Shown here: positions 1 to 17,011 of the stretch, piece after piece
How the letters are laid out: every line of letters begins with the position of its first letter
Position numbering within the stretch: position 1 is the stretch's first letter
From: the human T2T-CHM13v2.0 reference genome, Homo sapiens
Assembly: GCF_009914755.1 (NCBI RefSeq)
Contig: NC_060928.1
Reading direction: 5' to 3' (one strand)
DNA length: 64,000 bases
Position numbers and translations under genes: made by a program
The notes under the pieces: generated by a model
What the model saw: only the letters and a program-made list of their open reading frames with translations
What the model was told of the DNA's origin: nothing
Databases searched by the model: none

Positions 1-440
1 CCTTCCATAATGTGGGTGGACTTCAATCTCTTGAAAAGGCCCTTTATAGAAAACCCTGAGGTTTTCCAAAGAAGGGGTGATTCTGCTTCAAAACTGCAAC
101 CCTGTCTGAGTTTCCAGCCTGCAAACACCAGATTCAAAGCTGCTTCAGAACTGCAACCCTACCTGAGTTTCCAGCCCGCAAACACCAGATTCAAAGCTGC
201 AGCATCAACTCCTCCCTGAGTCTTCAGCCTGACAGGCTGCTCTACAGATTTCAGATTTGCCAGCCCCTACAATTCTGTGAATCAGTTCCTTAAAATAAAC
301 ATTTCTCTCTATATTTATGCAAATGGATAAATGATGGATAGCTGTAGATTTCACTACATAGATATAGATACATAGATCAAGGAGATCTCCTATTGGTTCA
401 ATAAATCTATTGGTTTTGTTTCTTTGAAGAGCCCTAAACA
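1..440 (+). mobile_element. MLT2-type (ERVL) LTR, 5' part outside window
   Basis: Motifs ...cagatttcagatttgccagcccctacaat..tgaatcagttccttaaaataaac.. and ctcctattggtt...tttctttgaagagccctaa match the 3' half of MLT2 LTRs (recalled consensus). Confidence 0.7.
83..200. repeat. 57-bp tandem duplication (2 copies) inside MLT2 LTR
   Basis: ctgcttcaRaactgcaaccct..ctgagtttccagccYgcaaacaccagattcaaag at 83 and 140; explains the repeated peptide in ORF 10..219. Confidence 0.9.
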
Positions 441-846
441 GTATTTTTGCTTACTTTTTAAAATTAGTATATTCACCTATTTCTTACTGAGAAAATTTAC
501 TTAATAAAATGATTAGCCCTTTAAATGTCTCATGATGCTAGTATTTTTCTCATCGTTTGTGGTTTGCTTTTTTGTTTTCCAACAATAGAAGTGTTTACAT
601 TTTTAGAAAGCATTTATTTCTTTGAATTTGTTCCTGTACAGCTATTCCCCGTTACAAGATACAGACATATTCCTCTGTATATTTCCTTCTAAGTATTGTT
701 TTATTTGTTACATATAATTTAGTAATCTGTGGAATTTACTTTGATATATGATAGAAGATAAAAATGTATACTTTTACTTACATAGTTTATCAATTGTTTC
801 ACCACCATTAAAAAACAACTTACAGATTTGAAACGGTTATTTTAGC

Positions 847-1393
847 TAGGGCTGCCAAATTTAGCTAATAAAAAGAAAGGGTGCCCTGTTAAATTTGTGA
901 AATTTTAAATTCATATAAAAAATTTAATTTAAAATACATTTGTGAATTTTGAATTTTATATTAAAATGAATATTTTTAGTATGTCTCATGAAATATTTGG
1001 GGCTTACTTATTCTAAAAAATTATTTGGTGTTTATTAGAAATTCATATTTAGGGCCAGGAGTGGTGGCTCATGACTGTAATCCCAGCACTTTGTGAGGCT
1101 GAGGTGGGCGAATCACTTGAGGACAGGAGTTTGAGATAAGCCTGGTCAAGATGGTGAAACCCCATCTCTACTAAAATTTCAAAAATTAGCCAGGAATGGT
1201 GACACATGCCTGTAATCTCAGCTACTTGGGAGGCTGAGGCACGAGAATCGCTTGAGTCCAAAAGGTAGAGGTTACAGCTGAGATCACGCCACTGCCCTAC
1301 AGCCTGGGTGACAGATGGAGACTCCATCTCAAGAAAAAAATCATATTTAGCTGGATGAGCTGGATGGATGTCATGTATTTTAACTGGTAACCT
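847..1393. mobile_element. MER53 hAT-type MITE, interrupted by an Alu
   Basis: Starts tagggctgccaaatttagctaataaaaa, ends tgtattttaactggtaacct (TIR-like); internal AT-rich text matches recalled MER53. Confidence 0.7.
1053..1340 (+). mobile_element. AluS
   Basis: Full dimer with A tail; TSD aaa(t)tcatatttag on both sides. Confidence 0.95.
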
Positions 1394-2699
1394 AACTTCA
1401 GCCATTATGAATTTTCCCCTGTGCTTTCTATGCATTCTAATGAGCCTTGAATCACAAAATTTGCTGATAATGAAGCAAATATAGAAGGCACTGGAGATAA
1501 GAGACCCAATTCTTGCTCATATCATTTCAGCCTCACCTGGAGCATTCAGTCACAGGAGCTGAAAATTTATTACTACTTAAAAGAGGCTAAGATAGTTTCC
1601 AATATTTGACAGTAGAAACATTTTAAGTGACGTAGAATAGACCATTTTCTTATACCTGCAATCAATGTATATTTTAGCTTATTTTAGAAGATATGGCTGA
1701 ATTGTTTCAGAAAATAATCACTTTAATATCTCTTGGATATAAATCAAATTTTGGATATATTTAGATTTAAATCAAGCATAGTATTGCCACTGTGAAATCC
1801 GAAATAGAAAAAACACAAGATAATGGAGAATTTATCATAACAGTTAACTTTCTGACACTCTGGTTGCTTGCCACCTTAAAACAGGGCAGGATGATATCCA
1901 CCAAACCTAAAGTCAAGGAGCATCATTTTCAGCATGACTATTTTTCAATATAGCCTGAACCATTTCATTGCACCTCTTCTGCCCTTGGGGACACTTAATA
2001 TTTTAAAACATAGCAATACGGTCATTGCCACCACAGGGCCCATCTTGTGGGCCAGAGATAGTTCAGGGAAGGTAACTGAGCTGGGAGCTAAAGAAGCCGT
2101 TATCCGTGTATCTCCTTCTTTGCCCATCTTCCCCATAATTACAAGGAAAAGTTTGTATTGGATTCACCAACACTACAGGATAAACAGAGCTGTCTTTAAC
2201 AATATTAGACACAGGTAAAGCCTCAGCAGGAAAATGTGAATTTTTGAAGGTGGTAAAACGAGTTTTCCTTGATAGGAAGTTATAATTTCAATGCAAGGAC
2301 TAGAATTTTATCAACAGAATTAGCAAGAGGGATTTTAGCATGTTATGGTAACATATAATTTCACTGTGAAAAAATCCCAAATGCTTTCGGTCTTCCAGGT
2401 TATTAGAATGCAGTAACAACCAGTATGCAATGCATGCTGCAATATTACCCACAAGGGGGTTGGATATTTCACAGAAACCTGCCATTATTGATCATTATGA
2501 TAATTATAATTGATAATTTTTAAAAAATGCTTTCATTTTGCTAAGCTACAATTTCTTACCTAATTGGATTTATATCCTTTCTTTCTCAATATTCTGCCCA
2601 TGATTTGTAATTATCACAATTCATAATTTTAAAATTCTATAGGAGATTGTATTTTCAAAAGCCTCCTGCAAGAATATCTGCCATCTGACATACTCTTTT

Positions 2700-3192
2700 G
2701 TAATGTAACTCGCCACTAACCCGTGGAAAGATGCAGTGTGCGTCTGAACTACCTTGCATCTGTGTGGAGTCTGTGACTGCGATGATGCCGCAGACGTGCT
2801 GTCGTGTGACTTCTGAGGATACATCTTAAGGAGTCAAATCCTAGTATCTTCTCTTTTGACTGCTCATCCTAGGGAAACTCTGCTTGGAACATGGTACCCT
2901 TGCCATGAGAGGCCCAACCCATGTGGAGAAGTCAACTGTAGGTGCTCTGAGTCCACGGCCCCAGGAGAGTTCTGCAACGTCAGCCAGTGCCAACTGCCCG
3001 TGGTGTGAGCGCACCTGCCTGGACTGAGGCAGGCTTTGGATGACTGAGTCTTGGCCAACCTCCATCTGCACCTGCATCTGAAACCTCAAATAAGAACTGC
3101 AGCCAACCCAGATAACTACGAGAGATGATAATAAATTGTTCAAGTATAATAAAGTGCGGGATGGTTGGTTAGCCACAACAGATAGCTGAAAC
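2700..3192 (+). mobile_element. MLT1 (G/H-like) MaLR solo LTR, old
   Basis: gtgtgacttctgagg...ccatgtggagaag...cagccaacccag...gataataaattgtt...ttggttagccacaacagatagctgaaaca, typical MLT1 3' end. Confidence 0.65.
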
Positions 3193-4308
3193 AGATGCTT
3201 ACAGTGGCCTCGAAGACAGTCCGGGAGCATGCATAGTTGACTCACCCTTCCCAGTGTCACCTTCTCTCACTCCCCAGTCCCACTCCCTGAACATCGCGTT
3301 GCCCCTGAGGAAGTGGACTGAACAATTTCAGGTAATTTATTGTTTATTGCCTTTTTTCATTTCACGTCCTCTGTCAGTATCATTGGAATAAATGATTTCA
3401 TTTCTAACTTGCAAATACATAGGGGTCAACTGTACAAGCGCTCCACTGTTTCCTAACTCCCCAATTTCCACCACAACAGTAACACCCAGAGGAAGGCAGG
3501 CTTGGTCTCCCTAGGAACAGGATCATGCTGCTCCACTTAGCTGTGTTCCCAGCTTGGATGGGGAAAAAATAAACAAACATAAAACACCCGGGGGTCAGTC
3601 GGTGATCCAGAAAATACTTTTCTGACACTGCTCTCTCTGTCTTGAAACTAGAAGACATAGAAATTAACTTTTTCTTCTGTGGATTCTCCCAAGAACGCTT
3701 GGCAGCCGTTTTGCTGTGGGAAGAGTAAATGCGGAAAATCTTTTAACGGCACACAAGCTTTAGCGCTTATTGGAAGGTTGCTACCTTAATAGCCTCCCCT
3801 TTTCTACTAGAAGTTCTTTCAATGTAGCATGATTGTAAATTAGAAAAGTGAAATGAAAGAATTCATATATCTGTTTTATCATAATATAGGAAAGCTGAAC
3901 ATACAGCAATATCCTCAAGCAAAATGAGAAATAAAAATATATGCTTATCTGAATTATGTATTTGTTAAAATTGAAAGCTTTTTAAATATGTTTTTGTTTT
4001 TAATGGAGAATCAATAGTAGCTTGTGTATACTACTCAATAATAACATGGGCAAGATTCATGGGATGATCTTAAGAAGGAATCCAGGATTTGACAGCAATG
4101 ACTGAACAGACAGGTGACTTCAGGAATATGTGGATTCTTCATGGATATTGAATGAATAATTGATATTTTGAAATAGTAGGGTTACATTAAAATATATTTA
4201 ATACATTTAATTCTAATTTTACAAAACCACTGGATGCTCTGTAATAATTTACACTCACTTTTGAATAGAGAAAATCCTTTTCAGACTCTCACATTTTTTC
4301 TTTCATCC

Positions 4309-4608
<300 letters not shown>

Positions 4609-4632
4609 GGTGATTATTAATTTAATGAGTAT

Positions 4633-6914
4633 TGCATTAGTCCATTTTCACGCTGCTGATAAAGACACACCCAAGACTGGCAATTTACAAAAGAAAGAGG
4701 TTTAATTGGACTTACAGCTCCACATGGCTGAGGAAGCTTCACAATTGTGGCGGAAGGTGAAGAGGCGCAAGTCATGTCTTACATGGATGGCAGCAGGCAA
4801 AAAGAGAGCTGGTACAGGAAAATTCCCCGTTATAAATACCATCAGATCTCATGTGACTTACTCACTATTGTGAGAACAGCATGGGAAAGACCTGCCCCCA
4901 TGATTCAATTACCTCCCACTGGGTCCCTCCCATGACATGTGGGAATTCAAGATGAGATTTAGGTGGGGACAGAGCCAAACCATATCATTCCAACCCTGGC
5001 CCCTCCCAAATCTCATGCTCTCACATTTCAAACCCAATCACGCCTTCCCAACAGTCCCCCAAAGTCTTAACTCATTTCAGCATTAACTCAAAAGTCCACA
5101 GTCCAAAGTCTCATCCAAGAAAAGGCAAGTCCCTTCCACCTATGAGCCTGTAAAATCAAAAGCAAGTTAGTTACTTCCTAGAAACATTGGCAGTACAGGC
5201 ATTGGATAAATACAGCAAATCCAAATGAGAGACATTGGCCCAAACAAAGGGGTTACAAGCCCCGTGCAAGTCCAAAATCCAGTGGGGCAGTCAAATCTTA
5301 AAGCTCCAAAATAATGTCCTTTGACACCATGTCTCACATCCAAGTCATGCTGATGCAAGAGGTGGGTTCCTGTGGTCTTGGCCAACTTCACCCCTGTGGC
5401 TTTGTAGGGTACAGCCACCCTCCTGGCTGCTTTCATGGTCTGGTGTTCAGTGTCTGTGGCTTTTCCAAGTGCATGGTGCAAGCTCTCAGTGGATCTACCA
5501 TTCTGGGGTCTGGAGGACAGTGTCCCTCTTTTCACAGCTCCACTAGGTGGTGCCCCAGTAGGGGCTCTGTGTGGGGGCTCTGACCTCACATTTCCCTTCT
5601 GCACTGCCCTAGCAGAGGTTCTCCATGAGGGCCCCACTCCTGCAGCAAAATTCTGCCTGGGCATCCAGGCATTTCCATACATTTTCTGAAATCTAGGCAG
5701 AGGTTCCCAAACCTTAATTCTTGACTTCTGTGAACCCGCAGGTTCAATACCATTTGGAAGCCGCCAAGGCTTGCAGCTTCCACCCTCTGAAGCAACAGCC
5801 TGAGCTGTACCTTGGCCCCTTTTAGTCATGTCTGGAGTGGCTAGGATGCAGGGCACCAAGTACCTAGACTGCACACAGCACAGGGACCCTGGGCCTGGCC
5901 CGAAAAACCATTTTCTCCTAGGCCTTCAGGCCTGTGATGGTAGGGGCTGCTGTTAAGACCTCTGACATGCTTTGGAGACATTTTCCCCATTGTCTTGGGG
6001 ATTAACATTCAGGTCCTCATTACTTATGTAAATTTCTGCAGCCAGCTTCAATTTCTCCTCAGAAAATGGGTTTTTCTTTTCTATCACATTGTCAGGCTGC
6101 AAATTTTCCAAATTTTTATGCTCTGCTTCCCTTATAAAACTGAATGCCTTTAACAGCACCCAAGTCACGTCTTGAATGCTTTGCTGCTTAGAAATTTATT
6201 CTGCCAGATACCCTAAATCATCTCTCCCAAGTTAAAAGTTCCACAAATCTCTAGGACAGGGGCAAATGCTGCCAGTGTCTTTGCTAAAACGTAATAAGAG
6301 TCACCTTTGCTCCAGTTTCCCACAGGTTCCTCCCCTCCATCTGAGACCACCTCAGCCTGGACTTTATTGTCCATATTGCTATCAGGCTTTTTGTCAAAAC
6401 CATTCAACAAGTCTCTAGGAAGTTCCAAACTTTCCCACGTTTTCCTGTCTTCTTCTGAGCTCTCCAAACTGTTACAACATCTGCCTGTTACCCAGTTCCA
6501 AAGTCACTTGCACATTTTTTGTTATCTTTTCAGCAATGCCTCACTCTACTGGTACCAATTTACTGTGTTAGTTCGTTTTAATGCTGCTGATAAAGACATA
6601 TCTGAGACTGGGCAACTTACAAAAGAAAGAGGTTTAATAGGATTTACAGTTCCATGTGACTGGGGAAGCCTCACAGTCATGGCAGAAGGCAATTAGGAGC
6701 AAGTCAGGACTTACATGGCTGGCAGCAGGCAAAGAGAGAGCTTGTGCAGGAAAACTCCCCATTATAATAACCATCAGATCTTATGAGACTTACTATCACA
6801 GGATCAGCACAGGAAAGTCCTGCTTCCATGATTCAATTACCTCCCACCGGGTCCATCCACAACCCGTGGTTATTCAAGATAAGATTTGTGTGGGGACACA
6901 ACAAAACCATATCC
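4633..6914 (-). mobile_element. Complete THE1A MaLR retrotransposon: LTR 6564-6914, internal 4988-6563, LTR 4633-4987
   Basis: Two ~350-bp THE1 LTRs (revcomp of tgatatggtttggctgtgtcccc...taataca) flank ~1.6 kb THE1-int; 5-bp TSD AGTAT at 4628-4632 and 6915-6919; minus-strand ORFs 5167-6467 are fragments of the MaLR internal ORF. Confidence 0.93.
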
Positions 6915-6919
6915 AGTAT

Positions 6920-8000
6920 ATTTACCTGAAGGACAGTGCTCCCTTGTGCATTTGCTGAACTTTCAATAGCTCTTCTATCATTCCATTAGGTCAGCAGTTT
7001 CTGGATGGTGCAGTTCATGTTAGGTCCCATACATCCCATCCTTTAACCATCGCTGTATTTCCTTTGTTACAAAGTAAGTTCTTTGGATTGATGTCATGTA
7101 GATTCATTACTGGTGAATCAGAAACTACTGAACGCCTTAAATAATAATGTTGACCGAAGCCCTGGTGTGAAGGAAGAGGAACCCCTGTTCAGAATGTGTA
7201 AGTTACTGTGAATATTAGAGAGGGACAATGTAGTCAGCTTCAAGTGTCCGGCTCCTCTTCTTGAGGGAGGTGCTCTTTTGGAAGCTCAGGGTTAACTTCC
7301 TGCTGGTACATGGGACATTCAGCAGCAGCAGGAGATAGATCAGGCTTAATGAGAAGGAGCCGATCCTGCAGGCCCACACACAGCCTCCATTGCTGCTCCC
7401 CACCTCCTCCATACTTGTGCCTTACGTTGGCACTGGAGTGGGTAATGACAAAGCTGGCACACATCAACTGTCCATGCAATTCTGTCTAGGTTGTTTAGTG
7501 ATACTCCTTTCTGATGGGAATTCCATGCAAGGACAATAGCAGTCAGTCAGTACCCACTTCCATAAGTCCATCAACTGACCATTCCCTAGCCATCCATCCT
7601 GCCTCCAATTAAATATCCTGGCCTCCCACCAGTACACATGTGTCAATGCAATCCTAACAAAAGGACACTACTTTTTCTACACAAAGTAACTAATAAAGCA
7701 CCCAAAATTCTGCTGAACTGGAGAGCTTACTCTCCTCATTCTCTTTCAAGACACTCACAAGCAGAGCTGCACTGAGCCAGCATATCTGAACTGGGCTTCA
7801 GCTACTTTCTTTTTTAGTTGGTGTAGGATACTCTCCTGAAGATGGCATGACCTTGCTCCAGAAGCCCAGGGATCTGCCTTATGATTCTCTCATTGGGGCT
7901 TATCAGAAACATCACAGAGCATCTTTTCCCACTGCTGATGGACAGAATAAAAAGATCATATAACCCAAGATCCAGGGCCACTTACATCTTAGCCTGGACG
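6920..8000 (-). mobile_element. ERVL-class internal remnant (HERV16/ERV3-16A3-like pol: RNase H to integrase)
   Basis: Minus ORF 7464-7646 NWRQDGWLGNGQLMDLWKW resembles the ERVL RNase H W-rich segment; the 7690-7800 revcomp resembles the SSQWAEL region; adjacent to an LTR16-like sequence. Confidence 0.55.
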
Positions 8001-8119
8001 TTCCCTGGTCTAGGCTCCACCCAATGTTGACAGCATTTATATTACCCAGTATGTGACTGGATCACTATTTCCAGGTTTAAAATACATCCATTTCAAAGCC
8101 CAAAGGGTACTAGCAGACA

Positions 8120-8320
8120 TTTTGGTTCCTGCCTCTGTGGTGGGCTATCTTTGGGGAAGAATGTCTTCTTGGGTAAGGCAACGATCTTCAGGTGAAGGAA
8201 ATTCCAGGAAAAGACCAGCCACTGAGATCAGTTGCTGGAAAACCTGAATTGCTGGGAGGAAACATACTTCTTTCCCAAAATAGAGATCTGGGTAGTAGAG
8301 CACAGTATTCATGACACCCA
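8120..8320 (-). mobile_element. LTR16-type (ERVL) LTR, 5' portion
   Basis: Reverse complement resembles the + strand LTR16-like copy at 12965-13180 (cagatctc...cccagcaattc...gaatttccttcacctgaagatc). Confidence 0.55.
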
Positions 8321-8337
8321 GGCTGAGATGATAAGTA

Positions 8338-10593
<2,256 letters not shown>

Positions 10594-10597
10594 CCCC

Positions 10598-10650
10598 GTA
10601 GCTCATGCCTGTAACCCCAGTGATTTGGGAGGCTGAGGCAGGAAGATGGC
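10598..10650 (+). mobile_element. Short Alu/FLAM 5' fragment abutting the truncated Tigger1 end
   Basis: gtagctcatgcctgtaaccccagtgatttgggaggctgaggcaggaagat. Confidence 0.75.
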
Positions 10651-11967
10651 CAGGGTGCTGGCAAGCTGTCTAAGGTCACAGTGCCAAAACACTGTTGGAA
10701 GTCACTGTGCTTTACTCCAAACTCCACTAGATCACTATGAATTAACTCTCAAATTCAAATGTATCTCGTGTTAGTTTGTCATCATTATATACATACTGCT
10801 GCTATTGTTTGTGCATCCAGTGCTTCTTATAAATAAGCAGAACATTTTAGCCTCTCGAAGTTATGCTAATAAACACAATTGACTGTACACACAAATCTCT
10901 AGATGGGGACTGCTAATTTTGTTATTTTTCTGCTTTCGTCTCTTTTGCCCCTATTTGAGGATTCATTTCAACCACTAAAGTGAACAAGGTTAAATCTGGT
11001 AAACATTATTCTACCTCATTTTTGGCATTTCAAAAATGAATTATAGCTGAGGGTAATAGTGCTTGTGAAAGCACAGACATGCAAATACGGTGATCTCCCA
11101 GGGCAGACATTTTTAATCATTCATCTTTTTGAAATATAGGTAATGATATATAAGAAAGACAATGATTTTCCTGTAGGAGTTCATAGTGTGGGAAAGTGTC
11201 TGAAGCAAATGGCATCATGGAAGGTGAATGGGTTACAGTGTTTCCTTGTTTCATTTCTTGAAGGAAAATAACATTCTGATAAATTATGCTCAATTCACAA
11301 TTTATCCAGGCATTCTAGAAGAGTATAATAATTATTTCCATTGATGCCAAATGTCTTCTGAAGAAAGGTATGTCAATTCAGCTTAATTTTATATTTTATT
11401 ACAAAATCTTTCCAAAAACAGAAAGATTAAATTAATATGAGACATATCCTTCGACTTTGGTCTTCACAAATAATTAAAAATAAAAAATGGGATTTTGAGT
11501 AAGACTTTTGATACTTTTGTCAGCCAACATGTTTCTGTCAGGAAATGAACCACATTTGACACGCACGTAATCTTATGTCAATTCAATTTGTCTTTTACAA
11601 TGCAGTATAGGAGAACAGATTTTTAAGAGCACATTCTCCTAAGAATAATTAGATTTCCTGATGGAATAATCTTTTATGCATGTCAATCAAATGACCATGA
11701 AACCTTTGAATTATTTTATATAGCAAAATAAAATAATTTGAACACTTGAGGCAGAAAAAAAACCCTTAGGACCCTTTCATATTGACAAATATTTTCATTC
11801 CCTTGTGATGAATTTGGTCTTTTTTTTTTTCCACCAATAATAGTGATTATACCTAGCCCACTGTGTTTATTGTTTTGTTTGTTGTTGTCAAAATGGGGGT
11901 AGTACTTCATAGTGCTTTCTAGATCCCAGGAAATAATTTTAAGTGGTTTCTTAAGATGTTTGCCTCC

Positions 11968-12232
<265 letters not shown>

Positions 12233-12233
12233 C

Positions 12234-12960
12234 TATGGTGCTGGGCCTCCAATTGGTAAACTCCTTAGGTCTGGGAGCCTAGGGGTGGAAAAAGAGGACC
12301 CAGTAGGGGTCCAACCAATAGGTTACTCCCAGTAACCTATCTAGTGACTTTGTGATTTCTTGCTCTGCAACTCTGGACTCAGAAGTTCTGGCTCCTAAAG
12401 AGGGGATAGTTCTGCAGAGGAGGTCTCAGCAATGATATTAAACATAAAGCGGCAGCTGCCATCCACAGAACTTAGGCTTCTCATACCCAAATAAGAACAA
12501 GAAGAACCATCTTCCTGGGGTGAGAGGATGTGGAGGATAACCCTCAATGTCATGAAGAGGTAGGTTTGCTGTTGTATAGTGAAAGTACACAGGGTACCTT
12601 TAGCATCCACTTTGTTATCTCTTAGAACCCACTTATCCAATTTTGATTGTAAATGGACAAATACAGAAGCTGTAGCTTGAGAAATCCATAGTGACCAGAG
12701 CTTTAGACTTCACAGTGAGGAAGATGTTGGTAATCTCACGAAGTAAGGTGTCTAGACCAACAGAAGTCATAGCTGACGGTGAAAGAAATTTAGAATGACC
12801 AGTAGAAAAGAATGATGACCAGTACCAGTTGCAGCCCATGAACAGGTATGGCTTGTTCCATTAACATCCCGCTTGTCAGTTTTTCTCAGGAAAAAAAATC
12901 TACCAGAATCTTAAAGAACAAATTATAGAATTTGTGTGAAGCAAGTGTATCCTAGCATTG
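12234..12960 (+). mobile_element. ERVL-class internal 3' remnant (integrase C-terminus/dUTPase-like region)
   Basis: tatggtgct...gtctgggagcctaggggtggaa...actcccagtaacc...ttctggctcctaaagagggga...cagctgccatc parallels recalled HERVL pol 3' sequence; runs into an LTR16-like LTR. Confidence 0.6.
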
Positions 12961-12961
12961 C

Positions 12962-14020
12962 ATATGTTGCTGTACTGTAGCACTCAAGTCTTTTTTAAGA
13001 TGAAAGAATTGAATCCTCCAGCTCCTGAGAAGGTTGTCAGCTGACAGATTTCAGCTGTGAGCATTCTCCAAGAATTTCCCTTAATTACAAAAAGCATCTT
13101 CACCTGCTGAAGATCACACTACTTCTTCCGAGGGCAGCCTACATGCAATGACTGGTCAGTGCACTGGCATAGGATCCAGCTGATAGTAACAGGAGACAGA
13201 TAGATTCCTAGGCAGACAAGGACAGGTCCCCAGTGAAACCCAACCTTCAAGCCAAGGACAGTTCAAAACCTGAAAACCAAACTGCCAGTTCCAGACAGAG
13301 TCCGCAACTGGAGTGAGAACTTCCGTCTCTGTCTTACCCACTCTCTCTCGATTAGTTCCTTTGGAATGATGCCTTTTACCCCATTGAAGGGTGCTTTTTC
13401 CAAGGCCACTCATGGACCAATCAGCACATGCTCCCCTATTCTAAGCCCACTAAGAACCTCAGACTCAGCCTCATAGATGGTCACCCACTTTCAGGTCCCC
13501 TCTTGCAGCTGAGAGCTTTCCTTCTGTCACTCAATAGAATTCTTCTCTGCCTTACTCACTCTCCAGTGGCTGCATACCTTATTCCTCTTGGTTGTGAGAC
13601 AAGAACTTGGAATTTGCTGAGCTGCAGGCAGCAGGAGTGAAAGAGCTGTAACCCTCCCATCCACTGAGCTGTGGGTGGTGGGAGTGAAAGAGCTGTAACC
13701 CTTCCTCCTTCTCACTGAACAACAGAAGAGAATAGGCTACTGGGCACCACTTCCGCCCACTCGCAGAATTACAGGAGTGAAGAAGCTGCTGGGTGCCACT
13801 CCCTCCTGCTTGCCAAATTACTGGAGCCACCACACAACCTCCTTGCCTCAATTCCCACCACCTCTGAACGGCCATTCCAGCTTGGGAAGTGCTCTGTGTC
13901 AGTTGAGGCCTGAGCTACCACTCAATGTCTTTGCCTTCTCAATTCTTCTTCATTGCCTTTAATGCAAGTATTGGCCCTAAGAGCTCTCACTAAAGCAATT
14001 TCCGTAGGCAAATTCATGAC
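12962..14020 (+). mobile_element. LTR16-type LTR split by a younger LTR
   Basis: cagctgacag..cagctgtgag..gagggcagcctacatgcaatgactggtca (5' part); ggccattccagct...aagagctctcactaaagcaatttcc..gcaaattc (3' part). Confidence 0.6.
13181..13835 (+). mobile_element. LTR27-like ERV1 solo LTR
   Basis: Begins tgatagtaacaggagacagatagattcctaggcagacaaggacaggtcccc; repeated gagtgaaagagctgtaaccct units typical of the LTR1/27/28 group. Confidence 0.65.
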
Positions 14021-15723
14021 GGATACTCCTCAGTGTGCTAATCTGTTCATGTGTATAATCCAATCTATATTTGGGTTGTGAGAATTAGGTAAATTCATGG
14101 TTATAAAGCAACATAGCTAGCCCTTAATACAAATTATTTCCCTCTCTGTTTGTTTTGCTACTGAATGCAAATAAACTAACACAGAAATTATATCAACATT
14201 TTTCTGTGCTTCACACCTTTTCAAAGGTAGAAGATCAAAAACATCTTGGTCACAGGCAATCTCAGTGGTAGCCTCCCTTGTGACCTCATACATGAAGTCA
14301 CCTTTCAATAGACTTAACATGAGTTTGCCCAGCCAGCTCAAATTATTTAGTCTATTTTGTGATTTATCTTACTTGTTCTGTTTGTTCTCACTAGAAATTT
14401 GTTATTTTCTATTTATACTGCTAATTCCAAAATATGTGATATATTTTTATATATGCAAAGGAATTTTTTAAAATCTAAATGACTTTTTTTCATAAAGTCA
14501 TTAATGAGGTAAGGATTTAAACACAAATCATAACATGAACTTGGTTTTTGTTGGAATTGAAGTGTTGATATTTGAAACTATAAAAGTTATGGTAATTCAT
14601 TCTGGTTTATTATCAGAATGATTTCTTTAAAAATAGGTGTATCCAAGACATTTAATGCCAAACTTCTTACATAAAAGTAGAAACACAAAAACAAAGTGCA
14701 GTTCATGGCACATTTTAAAATCCCTATATGCAATTTCAATTGCACCTTCTCTGTGAATGTAATCTGGTCCATTGGGAAATAAATCCTCCTGGAAATTTCC
14801 TATGTACTTATGAAGGTCAGTGATCTAATGGTCAGGATTTGGGGTTTTCAGTCCAAACATTTCTAACCCTACTTTCTATAATCTACTCAAATCACGATTT
14901 GGCCAGCACGTGGTTTGTAAAAATAGTAAGAGATATTTGGTTTCCTCTTTGATAGGTGAAATTTAAAAATATACCAAATCGAGCAAATAAAACAGTCTAT
15001 CATGAAAGGACCAGATTAATTGATTTAAATAACTCAAGAAACATTTGTCAGAAATTTAAAACCAACCTAAAAAAATAGGATAAAATGGAAACAACAGTTC
15101 ATGATGAATAGCTCCAGAAAGAAAAGTAAAAAGTAAAAATAATAAAATGGAAACAAATATAGAATATTAATGATAGAAGGTTTGGTTTTGAACAGCTGTC
15201 TGCACTATACCATGCTAACTTTGTTCTTGGTAACTTCATCAATCCTCTATTTATTCAAACCTAAAATGGTGCTAATGGGTCTGCAAACTAGCTAGATTTG
15301 GCTCTGAAGTTTTTGAATTTCTCTCGTGTAAAATAGGAATATTGAATAAATGATTTTTAGTCTGGTGTTGTAGAAATCTAACATTTGTCTTTCCTAATTT
15401 ACAGTCTTGGTTTAAAAATTACATGAATAATAGATACAAAATTATTTAGAAATAGTAAATACTACACAAAGTAAGTTGTTGATAAATATGTGTAAACTTT
15501 TTTTAACCTAAAAATAAATGATTGAATAAAATAAGGCAATAAAAGCATGATAATCCAATCCTACAAAAAATAACTGTTAAGTAAAAATCTATTAGCTTTC
15601 TTAAAAAAAACACTCCATGACAACATAAAACATACCTACCATATAAGAAACAACAATAGAAATTAAATAAACAGGTCCTACTTACAGTGTCTTTGTTGTA
15701 ATAACACAGACAACAATTGTTCA

Positions 15724-16095
<372 letters not shown>

Positions 16096-16242
16096 TCGAA
16101 TCCACACAGACTTATCCCCAATAATTTATACGCAGAGAGTGAAGAACTCACTGTGAAATTCTGCTCTACATTCTTTCTTCAATTTTTTTCACCTTATTCA
16201 CTGCTATCTACATAAATTATTTTTTAAAATCCACTTTATGTT

Positions 16243-16540
<298 letters not shown>

Positions 16541-16591
16541 CTACTTTATGTCATTTATAAGGTCAACTCTGTTTCATGGAGACAGCCTCTA

Positions 16592-17011
<420 letters not shown>

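Noticed and set aside
1049-1435. Alu-derived ORFs (also 10170, 12020, 16589, 26724, 39998, 56797, 63447 etc.)
   Set aside because: Standard translations of Alu sequence, not genes.
1934-2218. 94-aa ORF / possible exon ending at CAG|GTAAAG
   Set aside because: No recognisable protein similarity and no supporting neighbouring exons.
5167-5874. 235-aa ORF as a host gene
   Set aside because: It lies wholly within THE1-int and is a fragment of the decayed MaLR ORF.
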